DNA of 64,000 nt from an uncultured bacterium (GCA_964570935.1 CAZMZP010000077.1:12893-76892), one strand, 5' to 3'. Positions 18,645-28,568 are shown, numbered from the stretch's first letter. Notes: a model not told the origin generated them from the sequence alone. Numbers and translations: made by a program.

Positions 18645-21281
18645 TCACTTGAGCATGACCAGCTTGAGACCCTGCCGCCGCGCGTCGCCGCCGAGTCGGC
18701 ACACGTACACGCCGCTGGCCACCGGTCGTCCGCTCCCGTCCTTGCCGTCCCAGACCGCCTCGTAGAAACCAGCCGCGGGAGTCCTCGACTCGAGGGTCCT
18801 CACCAGCCGCCCCGCCACGTCAAAGATGGACAGGATGACCCGCGAAGCCGTGCCGTCTGCTGAGAAGCGGATTGTGGTCGAGGGATTGAACGGATTGGGG
18901 CGAGCGGAAAGAAGCTGCGCCGTGCGAGCCGCGGGGCTCTCCTCGGGAACCCCGGGCATCAGAGTGTTGACGAACGTGACGTCGTCTATGTACCAGCCTT
19001 CGTACGCGACCGCTCCGTCGGACACAAACCTGAACCTTATCTGGATCCGGCCGTAGAAAGCGGACAGGTCGAACTCCACGAACCGCCAGTAGGCGAAGGA
19101 CCCTGAAAAGCAGGGAGTGCCGGTGGCCAGGGGGATCTCCGGGTTCCTCTTGGTCGTGTACGGGTATCCGCCCACGGGCGTTATCCGCTGCCAGGGTCCG
19201 CCCTCGAGCGAAAGCTCCACTATCGCCGCGTCGTACGCGGTCAGCGGGCCCGCCGTCTCAGCCTCAATCCAGTGCCAGAAGCACAGCTTCGCGCCCGGCA
19301 TCGAGAAGTACTCGAGCGTCTTGAGGCCGGCGTCGAGGAACTTGCCGTAGAGCCCCGTTCCCGTGTCGCCACACTTCCACGAGCTCGTGCCGCCGATGGT
19401 GTGGTTCTTCTCGGTGCTGATGTGCCACTGGTCCAGGCGGTCCGCCGTGACGTTGGAGTGCGTCCACTCGTAGAAGTGCACCGTGTCCGCCACGCCCACG
19501 AACAGGCGCTTGGTCGCCAGGTACCCGTTCACGTCGCTTATGTCCATGTCCAGGACAACCCCGTGCGGCGTGGGACAGGTCGGCGAGACCTCGAGCTGGA
19601 ACGGTTCCTGGCCCATGTTGGTCTCGTTCTCGGAAATGGTGCCGTAGAAGCATGTGTCGCGCACGATTGTGACGTAAGGGTCGGACTCGGTTATCGTGGC
19701 GCCCACGTCCACGGCTTCCACTCCGTAGTTGAACAGCTGGGCGCTGAACATGGCCGTCTCACCCGGTTCGGCGAGGCCGCCGTCCAGCCCGGAGGTCGGC
19801 TCTCCGCCATTCGCGCACGTGCCGCTGATCACGAGCGCCGGCACGCTTTCCACCACGGCGTCGATGACCACGTTCTCGTCCGCGAGGCCGATGTCAGAGA
19901 TGGACACCTGCGTGACGTTCCCGGCGTAGTCCAGGCTTGCGGGCGTGGTCGCCGCCCCGAACGTGTAATTGGGGTTGGACGCGCCTCCGGAGCCGGGGAA
20001 GGGATCTCCGGGGTCTCCGGTGTTGTAGTTCAGCTCCAGGTCGCACTCTCCGTCAGCTTGTTCCACCGCGACCCGGTAATGAAGGGGGCAGGGCCCGCAG
20101 CACTCGTCGTTGTTGGTGGCGACGGACTCATCCACGTGATAGACGACGAGCCCGGAGCCGCCGATGTAAGAATCGAACCGCCTCTGCTGGCGGTTCTCCG
20201 CGATGAAGTACTGCTTGCCCACGATACCGTTCGTCCAGAGCACGTAGGAAGTCGGATAGTCTTCGGCCGGTTCCACCAGGAGATTCACGGTGTTAGAGGC
20301 CAGGACCACGGGCGTCACGAACCCGAGTTTACTCTTGGACCAAGCGTCGAAGTGCACCGGCGTGCGGCCGTTGTCGGCCCAGGAGCCGTAGGCCATGACC
20401 GACCAGTAACCCAGGCCCTTAGCGTCGTAGTCGTAGTCGTACAAGTCCGGGAGGCCGAGCACGTGTCCGTATTCGTGGCAGAACACGCCGACCCTGCCAT
20501 TCTCGGGCTCCGTCGAGTACTTGTAAGCGTAGACTCCGTCAACGACGATGGGGGTCCTGGTGACCCACTGATGCGAGTGGATGTCGCTCGGGTCGCCGGT
20601 CTCTTCGTACCCCGGCCCGGCGTGCACTACAAAGAGCGCGTCCACGTACCCGTCGTCGTCACCGGAGTGGGGAACCCCGTCGGGTCCGTCGTTGTCGAAC
20701 TGCGCAAAATCGACGTACGGGTTGGCGGCGGCGAGGGCGTCCTCCACGAGCTTCTGAGCGTTCTGCGGATACACCCCGAGGCCTCTTAAGTTGTTCACGT
20801 AATAAGCGTAGGTGAGCGGCATGCGCAGCCAGACTGTTACGTCGCCGTCCAGGGAGAATTGGCCGTACGAGTTTTCAAGGTAGTAATCCCTCATGCTTCC
20901 GGTGGGATAACTACCCTCGCTGAACAGCAGAGTCTGGAAGTGAGGCGGCGGATACGAGAGCGTGTCGGCCACGTTGTCGGAGAAGTCCACCAGTATGACG
21001 ATGCCCGCCCGCTGGGCTGTTTGGGTTCCCGTGACACGAGCCAGCGAGGAGGACGCGGAGAGCGCGGGCGAGACTGGCAGAATCTCCGAGGACTGGTTCA
21101 CGCCCCTGGAATGAGCGTCCCTCATGGCGCGGGACTCATCGGGGAGTTTGCCCTCGGCTCTAAGACGTTCCACGACGTCCGGCCTGAGCGGCATCGAGTA
21201 TGCTGAGGGGAAAAGCAAAACAGGCAGCGCTGAGCAGACCGCAAAGACCAGGACGGACAAGACTCGAGTCGACCGGAGCAT
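18645..21281 (-). CDS. Secreted M6-family (immune inhibitor A-like) zinc metalloprotease with T9SS CTD
   Basis: Signal peptide MLRSTRVLSVLVFAVCSALPVLL. Zincin motif VFCHEYGHVLGLPDLYDYD (HExxH...D, M6/InhA type). C-terminal NPFNP...FDVAGRLVRTL...GVYVCRL...GLKLVMLK. Confidence 0.7.
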   Translation of the reverse strand: MLRSTRVLSVLVFAVCSALPVLLFPSAYSMPLRPDVVERLRAEGKLPDESRAMRDAHSRGVNQSSEILPVSPALSASSSLARVTGTQTAQRAGIVILVDFSDNVADTLSYPPPHFQTLLFSEGSYPTGSMRDYYLENSYGQFSLDGDVTVWLRMPLTYAYYVNNLRGLGVYPQNAQKLVEDALAAANPYVDFAQFDNDGPDGVPHSGDDDGYVDALFVVHAGPGYEETGDPSDIHSHQWVTRTPIVVDGVYAYKYSTEPENGRVGVFCHEYGHVLGLPDLYDYDYDAKGLGYWSVMAYGSWADNGRTPVHFDAWSKSKLGFVTPVVLASNTVNLLVEPAEDYPTSYVLWTNGIVGKQYFIAENRQQRRFDSYIGGSGLVVYHVDESVATNNDECCGPCPLHYRVAVEQADGECDLELNYNTGDPGDPFPGSGGASNPNYTFGAATTPASLDYAGNVTQVSISDIGLADENVVIDAVVESVPALVISGTCANGGEPTSGLDGGLAEPGETAMFSAQLFNYGVEAVDVGATITESDPYVTIVRDTCFYGTISENETNMGQEPFQLEVSPTCPTPHGVVLDMDISDVNGYLATKRLFVGVADTVHFYEWTHSNVTADRLDQWHISTEKNHTIGGTSSWKCGDTGTGLYGKFLDAGLKTLEYFSMPGAKLCFWHWIEAETAGPLTAYDAAIVELSLEGGPWQRITPVGGYPYTTKRNPEIPLATGTPCFSGSFAYWRFVEFDLSAFYGRIQIRFRFVSDGAVAYEGWYIDDVTFVNTLMPGVPEESPAARTAQLLSARPNPFNPSTTIRFSADGTASRVILSIFDVAGRLVRTLESRTPAAGFYEAVWDGKDGSGRPVASGVYVCRLGGDARRQGLKLVMLK

Positions 21282-21404
21282 GCTTACCCCTGGCGGAGGC
21301 CAAGTGCTTGAGTTGGCAGCCCCACAGCTACGTCATCCCGGTGAGCTCAAAGCAGCAGGAAGTACGACGAATGGAATTCGTCCAAATGCTGCTCTACGCC
21401 TCGT

Positions 21405-21433
21405 ATCATAGCTTATTTCAACGAGTTTGTCAA
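21405..21433 (-). promoter_or_regulatory. Sigma70-like promoter (TTGACA-N17-TATGAT) in an AT-rich island upstream of the M6 protease gene
   Basis: Minus-strand reading TTGACAaactcgttgaaataagcTATGAT. -35 at 21428-21433, -10 at 21405-21410. Followed at about +10 by hairpin gacgaat/attcgtc. Confidence 0.45.
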
Positions 21434-21448
21434 GAAAACGAATCGGGA

Positions 21449-22576
21449 CTACGGGTGTTTATTCCGTGGCGGCGTGACCTCGTAGTCCCTGAAATTGTCG
21501 GGGTCGCCGGCCCGGCCGTCCTCCGCCGCCCTGACGATATTGTACGCCTCGCGGGCAGTCACGTAGTGCAGACGATACGCGCCCTTCCCGTAGCGCTCTT
21601 CCAGACGGGCGAACATGGCGTCGGTGTCCGGGCCCAGGCAAGTCGTTCGGCTCTGGGCGCCGTGAGTGTACACCTTCACGAAGGTCCAGTCCGGCCTGCC
21701 CTTCACGCACACGCGGGTCGCGACCCAGCTGTCAACGCGGCCGGGAGACGGACGCTCGTCGTTCTCCATTGCGCCGTACTCGAACAACTGCCTGGTCGGA
21801 ATCAGCGTCATCGGGCCCTGGAACATCAGGAGCCGGTCCGAAACGCGCTTCCCCGCCTCCGCGTCGCGGCCGGTGTCATAGGATTTCGGCGCGTCGTCAT
21901 CCGCCGCGTAGTAAATGCTGTTCACCTTCGACGGTTGGCCGGGCGAGCCGAGACTCGGAAAAGTGAAATCCGCGTAGCAGCCGGCTTTCCTTAACGCATC
22001 CAGCTCCCTGTTCACCCCGCAGTGCTCGGGAGTCGTCGAATTGTCCAGGGCGCAGTTGCCGTGAACGAAGGCGAACCTCACGCGCTCGTCCGGGCCGTCC
22101 GAGACCATCGCACCGAACGAATTGAACCACCTGAGGGCCTCCTCCAGTTTCGGCCCGAAAGACTCGTTCGTGTCGTTTCCGTGATGCCAGTGGAGCTCTA
22201 TCTCGCCGTAACCCTCACGAACAGCCGCGGACAGCTCCGCCATCACCGCGTCGTTCCTTTGTTCGTAGGCGTAGAACCACGTGTGCTGCGGAATCCTGCC
22301 GTAACTGTCCCCGTGCCGGAAAGCCAGGGCCTTGTATCCCTCCAACCACCGGCGGTTCCTCTCGGCTCCGGCGGGTCCGGGGCCCGGCTCGTAGTGGTCG
22401 ACAAACACGAAGATCACGTGAACCCGAGAACCAGCCGGGACGTTCTCCCGCGCGAGCGCCGCCGTCACGTAGCCGGGCAGCCACACGTAGGCCTTCCATC
22501 TCACGATTTTGCAACCGAGAAAGAGCGCGGCCAGCAGCACTGGAACGAGCAAAACGACCGCGAGCAGTTTTCTCAT
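21449..22576 (-). CDS. Membrane-anchored hypothetical protein with conserved His clusters, translationally coupled to wzx. Candidate extracytoplasmic polysaccharide-modifying enzyme.
   Basis: Start ATG overlaps the wzx stop (ATGA at 22573-22576). N-terminal TM anchor MRKLLAVVLLVPVLLAALFLG. Motifs VDHYEP, HWHHGND, FVHGNCALD. Family not recognised. Confidence 0.45.
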   Translation of the reverse strand: MRKLLAVVLLVPVLLAALFLGCKIVRWKAYVWLPGYVTAALARENVPAGSRVHVIFVFVDHYEPGPGPAGAERNRRWLEGYKALAFRHGDSYGRIPQHTWFYAYEQRNDAVMAELSAAVREGYGEIELHWHHGNDTNESFGPKLEEALRWFNSFGAMVSDGPDERVRFAFVHGNCALDNSTTPEHCGVNRELDALRKAGCYADFTFPSLGSPGQPSKVNSIYYAADDDAPKSYDTGRDAEAGKRVSDRLLMFQGPMTLIPTRQLFEYGAMENDERPSPGRVDSWVATRVCVKGRPDWTFVKVYTHGAQSRTTCLGPDTDAMFARLEERYGKGAYRLHYVTAREAYNIVRAAEDGRAGDPDNFRDYEVTPPRNKHP

Positions 22577-24093
22577 GACGTGCCCCCTCCCCTCGTTCTT
22601 CCGACCCATTCTTTCACCAACCGCAGCTCGCGGTCGAGGCGGAATCCCGCAACTCGCAGTATTCCGAAATAGGAGGCGGCCAGCGCGACCTTGAGGAGGA
22701 CGTGCGCGTTTCCCCGCACCGGAGCCACGACTGAGACCGCGTACAGGCCGGCGCCGCCGGCGATCGAGAGCAGCACCCTGCCCCATTCGTACGGCACCGG
22801 GTACAGCCGCGCCGAGACAGCGGCGGTGCAGACGACGAACACGAAGAACCCGGCGGCGGTCGCGTAGGCCGCGCCCATCATACCGAACCTGGGTATCAGA
22901 AGCAGGTTGAGGACTATGTTAGCGCCCGCTCCGGCCGCCAGCAGGAACGGCTTCCAGGCCGTACGGCGCGTGATGTAGATGCCCGCGTCCAGGATTACGG
23001 ACACCACCCAGAACGTGTAGCCCAGGAGCACCGGCGGCAGAACCCTGTAGGCCTCGGCGTACGCGGGTGCGGCGATGATCGCGATGACCTCCCTGGCGAA
23101 CAGGGCCAGAACCAGGCTCGCGAAGCAGCAGACCGCCGTCAGATACGAGAGAATCGTGGCGAACAGCGCCGGTCCTTCCGGAGTCTCGCCCTTCTCCATC
23201 ATGAACGGCCCCCAGGCGGCCTGGAACGGCACCAGCAGCAGCATCACCGGGACAAGGGCCATGCGGTAGCCGAGGGCGTAGAGGCCCGCCTCATTCTGCC
23301 CGGCCATCGCGATGAGCAGGAATCTGTCGGCGTTGTTCAGGATGAAGAGCAGCACGCCTCCCGGCACGAACGGCAGCCCGAACACCAGCATCCTCTTCAG
23401 CCCCGGCCACGACACCCTGAGTCCGATCCTGGACAGGAGCACGGCCGCGGACGGCAGGAAAAAAGCCACGTTCGCGATGAGCATGGCCATCAGTACGTAC
23501 TTCACCTCCCTGCCCAGGTACAGGAGGAAGCATATGATCAGCCCCATCGTAGCCGCGTACTTGCCGACGCTGAGCACGGAGTACAACACGGGCTTCCCCG
23601 TGGCCTTGAGATAGGTGCGGACCATCCCGAAACCCTGCTCGAAGATCAGGATGGAGAAGGTGAGCCGGAACAGCCAGGCATGCAGTGTGGAACCCAGCAG
23701 CAGCTGTGAGATGAGGCCGGCGGCCGCTGACAGGATCGCCGCCATCCATAGCGAGTTCGTGACCGCGAAGACCATTGCCGTGGAGAACACGGACGCGTCA
23801 CCCTCGCCCTTCTCCTTGCCGAAGTAGCTCCTCATGGCGGCCATGCCTATCCCGACCGCCGCGAAGATGTTCAACATCTCCAGCGTGCGGTTGAACACTT
23901 CAAGCTGGCCGTACTGGCCGGGGTTCAGGAGCCGTGTGTAGACGGGCACGAGGACGAAGGCGAGGGCGTTGTTGGCCACTTCCCCGGCCCCGTAGATGAC
24001 CGTGAACTGCAACAGTCTGCGCAGCGGGTTTGCCGCTCCGTCTTGCACGGGCGCCTGCGATGTTGAGGCCGGTTCATCAGGATGCCGTTTCAT
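22573..24093 (-). CDS. wzx: Polysaccharide biosynthesis protein / Wzx-type oligosaccharide flippase (MOP superfamily)
   Basis: 12-14 TM helices. N-terminal ...VANNALAFVLVPVYTRLL is typical of Polysacc_synt-family flippases. Start reassigned to MKRHPDEP (24093). Confidence 0.6.
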   Translation of the reverse strand: MKRHPDEPASTSQAPVQDGAANPLRRLLQFTVIYGAGEVANNALAFVLVPVYTRLLNPGQYGQLEVFNRTLEMLNIFAAVGIGMAAMRSYFGKEKGEGDASVFSTAMVFAVTNSLWMAAILSAAAGLISQLLLGSTLHAWLFRLTFSILIFEQGFGMVRTYLKATGKPVLYSVLSVGKYAATMGLIICFLLYLGREVKYVLMAMLIANVAFFLPSAAVLLSRIGLRVSWPGLKRMLVFGLPFVPGGVLLFILNNADRFLLIAMAGQNEAGLYALGYRMALVPVMLLLVPFQAAWGPFMMEKGETPEGPALFATILSYLTAVCCFASLVLALFAREVIAIIAAPAYAEAYRVLPPVLLGYTFWVVSVILDAGIYITRRTAWKPFLLAAGAGANIVLNLLLIPRFGMMGAAYATAAGFFVFVVCTAAVSARLYPVPYEWGRVLLSIAGGAGLYAVSVVAPVRGNAHVLLKVALAASYFGILRVAGFRLDRELRLVKEWVGRTRGGGTS

Positions 24094-24556
24094 TTCCCAC
24101 TCTGAATACCATGTCTCCGGCCTGGCTGCCAGGCATTTGTTGGACTCGCGGCCGCGAGCGCGGGGCTTCCGAGGCGGAGGGGCTCCTGCGGGCCGCGTCT
24201 GTTGCAAAACCGCCCCCGCGGCTTGCAGAAAGCATGAGGGCTGGAGCGCGGCAGCGTGCCGCGCTGTCCGAGACCGACCAACTATCATATTTACAGTAAA
24301 TTACAACGCTCTGCAGGAGCGGCTGGTGGCACACTTCCTGCTCTCCATGCTTTCGGCAATAGGCTCTTTGTGTGCGACCGTTTCCTTGAAAAGAGCAAAT
24401 CAGTCGAAAGATTGAGACGCAGAGCAACGGGGCTGTGATGGGGCGTAAGTCGACGCCCCCTCTGCTCGCCGGGCCGCCAAGGGAACTTCTGACGGGTTCT
24501 TTTGGCGGCCCCTGCGTTTAACGGTCACCGCAACTGAGGAGGAGGTCGTAGGTAAA

Positions 24557-25147
24557 ATGGGTACTGGAAATCGGATTCTCTTCACAAGCATCGCGATCCT
24601 GGCGGCAGTGGCGGCGCTCGCCTGCCCCCGGGATTCGGGGGCGGAGACGTGGAACGCGGTCACTCTGACGTGGACCGCACCCGGGGACGACGGCTCCACC
24701 GGGAGGGCCACTCAGTATGACGTGAGGTACTCCACGTCCAGCATCAGCGGCACCGACACTACGACGTGGTGGGGCCAGGCGACTCAGTGCTCGGGAGAGC
24801 CCGTGCCGCAGACGGCCGGCGCCACGGAGACGTTCGTCGTGACGGGCCTGCAGTCTTCCAGGACGTACTACTTCGTGATGAAGACCGCGGACGAGGTGCC
24901 GAACTGGTCCAGGTACTCGAACGTGGCCGTGAAGGCCACGACCGCGGCCCCGGACACCATTCCGCCCGCTGCCATAAGAAATCTCGCGGATTGTGAGAAT
25001 GCGGATTTTCTGCTTGCCATGGCTGACACGCATGGTATCGTGGGCCACGACTTGCGAGGGAGGGTCAGCCCTGTCTCCGCTGTGATCGTGACGGAGCCGG
25101 GTTGGCCCATTCTTGTCTGGAAGACCGATCAGTGGTCTTCCATCTGA
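24557..25147 (+). CDS. Secreted fibronectin-III-like domain protein (paralog A)
   Basis: RBS AGGAGGAGG, then a signal peptide, then TLTWTAPGDDGSTG...YDVRYS...TYYFVMKTADEVPNWS. Stop overlaps the next gene's start (TGATG). Confidence 0.55.
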   Translation: MGTGNRILFTSIAILAAVAALACPRDSGAETWNAVTLTWTAPGDDGSTGRATQYDVRYSTSSISGTDTTTWWGQATQCSGEPVPQTAGATETFVVTGLQSSRTYYFVMKTADEVPNWSRYSNVAVKATTAAPDTIPPAAIRNLADCENADFLLAMADTHGIVGHDLRGRVSPVSAVIVTEPGWPILVWKTDQWSSI

Positions 25148-26169
25148 TGGCGGACTTTTTGATGAGAGCCAAGAGAAATCTGCTTCTCTCTCTGGCCCTG
25201 GCGGCAATCCTTTTGCCTCAGGCCGGGATCGAGGCCGGCGACCTGCCCTACTTCTCGGTCGACGCCACCACGGCCACGCTGCGGTGGACCGCGCCGGGCG
25301 ACGACTGGAATGAGGGACAGGCCTGGCAGTACGACCTGAGATTCTCAACCACGCCGATCAGCGGCACCGACTCACTGACCTGGTGGAACGCCTCGAAGAC
25401 CATAATCTGCACGGGGCTTCCCGGGCCGGGAGAGCCGGGGGCCACCGACAGCTTCGTCGTGAGCGGGCTCGTGCCGGGCAGAACCTACTACTTCGTGCTG
25501 AGAACGTCGGACGAGATACCGAACTGGTCGTTCTTCTCGAACGTCGCCATCGTGACCATGAGTAGTCTCCCTGACACGAGTCTGCCGGGTGACGAGTCCC
25601 CGCCTGCTCCGGTGGCAGGCCTTTCTGCCACACCAGTCCCCCAGGGTATCCTCCTCAACTGGAGCCCTTCACCAGACCCCGACTTGGCGGGCTACGTCGT
25701 CTACCGCGGCACGTCGCAGGGAGAGCTCGAACCGCTCACGGCCCAGCTCCTCGCGACCGCCGGCTACACGGACACGGACGTGACTCCTGGCGTCACGTAC
25801 TTCTACGCAGTCACTGCAGTGGACAACGCCGGAAACGAGAGCGCCGTGGCGCAGTCAACCTCGGCCACCGCGCCCGCGGCGCCGCCGGCGGTGACGCGGC
25901 TGCTGGCGCCTTTCCCGGATCCCTGCGTGAAGCAGGCCACGCTGACGTTCGAGATAGCGGAGCAGACCTCGGCCTACTCGCTCAGGATCTACGACATCTA
26001 CGGGAGGCTTGTCAGGGACCTCGGCCGGGGTCCGGCCCTCGCCGGGCAGTACACGTCTCTCTGGGATCTGACCGGAGACGAAGGGGAGAGAGTCGCGCCG
26101 GGGGTCTATTTCTCGGTGCTGTCGACCGAGCACGTCTCCAGCTGCAAGAAGGTCCTGGTCCTCAAGTAA
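25147..26169 (+). CDS. Secreted protein with two FN3-like domains and a CTD-like C-terminal beta domain (paralog B)
   Basis: N-terminal domain about 45% identical to paralog A (TLRWTAPGDDWNEG...YDLRFS...TYYFVLRTSDEIPNWS). Second FN3 (GYVVYRG...TYFYAVTAVDNAGNES). C-terminus ...YSLRIYDIYGRLVRDL...GVYFSVL...KKVLVLK. Confidence 0.55.
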   Translation: MADFLMRAKRNLLLSLALAAILLPQAGIEAGDLPYFSVDATTATLRWTAPGDDWNEGQAWQYDLRFSTTPISGTDSLTWWNASKTIICTGLPGPGEPGATDSFVVSGLVPGRTYYFVLRTSDEIPNWSFFSNVAIVTMSSLPDTSLPGDESPPAPVAGLSATPVPQGILLNWSPSPDPDLAGYVVYRGTSQGELEPLTAQLLATAGYTDTDVTPGVTYFYAVTAVDNAGNESAVAQSTSATAPAAPPAVTRLLAPFPDPCVKQATLTFEIAEQTSAYSLRIYDIYGRLVRDLGRGPALAGQYTSLWDLTGDEGERVAPGVYFSVLSTEHVSSCKKVLVLK

Positions 26170-26171
26170 GA

Positions 26172-27218
26172 CTAGCGGGAGGCTATGATGGCCACGCTGG
26201 CCGCCGCCGACACCAGGGTGACCAGCACGCCGGGGGAGAAAAAGGAACCAAGCCAGGTCCTCCTTGCGGGGACCATTATGGTGTCTCCCGGCCTCGTTTC
26301 AGGGTTTCCCACCATCAGGCCATTCTTGAGGTATCGGTCCAGGTTCACGATCATTGCAGTCGAGGTCGAGGCGCCCCTTCGCACGAGTCTTATCCTCCTG
26401 AGCTCCGACCTCTCTGTGGTCCCGCCCGCCGCCGCCAGCGCCGAGACCACGTCTTTCGCGATGCCGGCCTCGTAGCCGCCCTGGGAATTCACTTCACCCA
26501 GAACGTACACCACACTTCCCTCCGGCGCCGCCGCCGTCCGGCGCGGGACCCTGACGGTGTCCCCGGCCTGGAGCTTGACCTGGTCGGGCGCCTGCCCGTC
26601 CAGGAGCTTTCTGACGTCTACGGTAATGGTCTCCCCCGTCCCAGCCCTAATAACCTGCACGCCGCCCAGCAGCGCGGCGTCCGTGGGCCCGCCCGCCTCG
26701 CTCAGGACGTCCCATATGGACGGGATCACGGGGAAGGAATACTTGCCCGGTTTCACCACCTCCCCAATCACGAACACCTTCCTGCTGTTGTACTGCGCCA
26801 CCGAGACCGTGGCCTCACCGGCGTGGAACACGGACAGCTTTCTGTTCACCTCGCGCGACAGCTGGCTCAATGTCAGGCCTGCCGCCTTTATCTCCCCCAG
26901 TAAGGGAAGCGCGAGCGTACCGTCGGGGCCCACCATGAAGGAACCCGATAGGTCGGTGCGCTCCCTGACCCCGATGGAGATGACGTCTTCCACACCTATC
27001 AGGTAATCCGTCTCGTCAGCCGCGTCACAGGTCCCCACACCGCAGGCCCGGGCCAGAAAGACGAAGGACCCACCCGGCGCCGCGGGAGGGACCGGGAAGA
27101 CGCACGGAACCGCGGCCAGCGCCGCCAGCGCGACCCAGCATGCGACGGCAGTGACATGCCGACTGAGACGTGTTCTCTTCGTTACCGGTGTTCTCACGGA
27201 TTGGTATTGAGCGTTCAT
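26172..27218 (-). CDS. wza: Polysaccharide export protein (Wza/KpsD family: Poly_export + SLBB domains)
   Basis: IGVEDVISIGV...GEATVSVAQYNSRKVFVIGEVVKPGKYSF is the Poly_export signature. Start at MNAQYQS (27218). Confidence 0.65.
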   Translation of the reverse strand: MNAQYQSVRTPVTKRTRLSRHVTAVACWVALAALAAVPCVFPVPPAAPGGSFVFLARACGVGTCDAADETDYLIGVEDVISIGVRERTDLSGSFMVGPDGTLALPLLGEIKAAGLTLSQLSREVNRKLSVFHAGEATVSVAQYNSRKVFVIGEVVKPGKYSFPVIPSIWDVLSEAGGPTDAALLGGVQVIRAGTGETITVDVRKLLDGQAPDQVKLQAGDTVRVPRRTAAAPEGSVVYVLGEVNSQGGYEAGIAKDVVSALAAAGGTTERSELRRIRLVRRGASTSTAMIVNLDRYLKNGLMVGNPETRPGDTIMVPARRTWLGSFFSPGVLVTLVSAAASVAIIASR

Positions 27219-27409
27219 GCGAATCTCTCCGGGCCTTCCGGCCTGACAGTCGACGGTCAAACTAGACGTGTATCCTGGTCAGTAAAGCGTCATAAACAAC
27301 ACGCCGGGCCGCATTCTAGCACCACGAGGACACAGTGTCAAACCCGGCGGCCGGTCTCGCCCGCCGAGGCCGGCGGCTGCGCAGGACGGGCCGGCCGCGC
27401 GTCTTCGGT

Positions 27410-27439
27410 TTGATGCGGCACGGGCGCAGGTGCTATTAT
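27410..27439 (+). promoter_or_regulatory. Sigma70-like promoter (TTGATG-N18-TATTAT) for the GTPase gene
   Basis: tTTGATGcggcacgggcgcaggtgcTATTATg, about 60 nt upstream of ATG 27498. Divergent from wza. Confidence 0.4.
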
Positions 27440-27497
27440 GTGTGAGTGCCGGCGCGCGCGACGACGAACCGATGACTCTTCTCCCGGGATGTGAACA

Positions 27498-28568
27498 ATG
27501 CCTGCGAATCTGACCCCGCAGTATCACGAGGCAGAAAGAAAGTTCAAGGAAGCGAAGACCCCCGAGGAGAAGCTCCAGTGTCTCCGCGAGATGTTTGCCA
27601 TCATGCCCAAACACAAGGGCACGGACAAGCTGCAGGCCGACCTCAAGCGCAGAATCTCGAAGCTCCAGGACGAGTCCCAGAAGGCGCGCAAGTCCGGCAG
27701 GCGGCCCTACGCCTTCGCGGTGGAAAGAGAGGGGGCCGCTCAGATGGCGCTCGTGGGTCCGCCCAACTCGGGGAAGTCCAGCGTTCTCAGAGCCCTTACC
27801 AGGGCCGAGCCCGAGGTTGCGCCCTACCCCTTCACGACCCGCATGCCGCTTCCGGGCATGATGCAGTTCGAGGACATACAGATTCAGCTTGTGGACTTGC
27901 CCGCGGTGTCCGAGACCGGTATGGAGCAATGGGCCGCGCAGATCGTGAGGGGAGCGGACGCGGCGCTGGTGGTCCTGGACCTCGGCGCGGCGGGAGTGCT
28001 GGATGATCTGGAAATGCTAGAGTCGCAGCTTGCGGGAAAGGGCGTGTACCTGACCGGAGAGGGCCCGACCACTGAGCCCGAGCGCCCCGCGCCGGCGGCC
28101 GACGGGCAAGCCGCAGCCGGGCCGAGCGCCATTCCGGGCCTGCCTCCAAACTCAGCCGTCAGGAAGGCCATGGTGATTGGGAACAAGTCCGACCTGTGTC
28201 CCCACCCGCAAGTCGTGGAGCTCCTGCGGGCCGCGCTGTCCGACAGGCGTAAGGGGCTCGGCCGGCTTAGGTTAGTGCCGTTTGCGGCGACGGAGACCTC
28301 TAACGTTGCGGAGCTCAAGCTGGAGCTGTTCGGCCTGGCGGGTATAGTCCGGGTTTACACGAAGATACCCGGCAGAAAACCCGACATGGACAGGCCGTTC
28401 GTGCTGCCTGCCGGGAGCACGCTCATGGACGTGGCGGCCCTGGTGCACAAGGATTTTCTGGTAAGCCTCAAATTTGCAAGGATTTGGGGTTCAGGAGAGT
28501 TCGAGGGCCAGTGCGTCCAAAAAGATCACGTGATGAGGGACAGGGACGTGGTGGAGCTCCATCTGTGA
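27498..28568 (+). CDS. OBG-HflX-like GTPase of the DRG/Rbg1 type with C-terminal TGS domain
   Basis: G1 GPPNSGKSS, G2 PYPFTT, G3 DLPAV, G4 NKSD. N-terminal helical segment and C-terminal TGS-like beta-grasp (VRVYTKIPG...). Long insertion between G3 and G4. Confidence 0.65.
   Translation: MPANLTPQYHEAERKFKEAKTPEEKLQCLREMFAIMPKHKGTDKLQADLKRRISKLQDESQKARKSGRRPYAFAVEREGAAQMALVGPPNSGKSSVLRALTRAEPEVAPYPFTTRMPLPGMMQFEDIQIQLVDLPAVSETGMEQWAAQIVRGADAALVVLDLGAAGVLDDLEMLESQLAGKGVYLTGEGPTTEPERPAPAADGQAAAGPSAIPGLPPNSAVRKAMVIGNKSDLCPHPQVVELLRAALSDRRKGLGRLRLVPFAATETSNVAELKLELFGLAGIVRVYTKIPGRKPDMDRPFVLPAGSTLMDVAALVHKDFLVSLKFARIWGSGEFEGQCVQKDHVMRDRDVVELHL

Noticed and set aside
24094-24556. Possible promoter or small RNA in the 460-bp region upstream of wzx, including two GC hairpins at 24436-24456 and 24469-24510 and the AT-rich run tatcatatttacagtaaattacaa
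   Set aside because: A -10-like TATGAT is present but no convincing -35 at proper spacing. The hairpins lack U-tracts. Too ambiguous to call a feature; noted only as a probable regulatory region.
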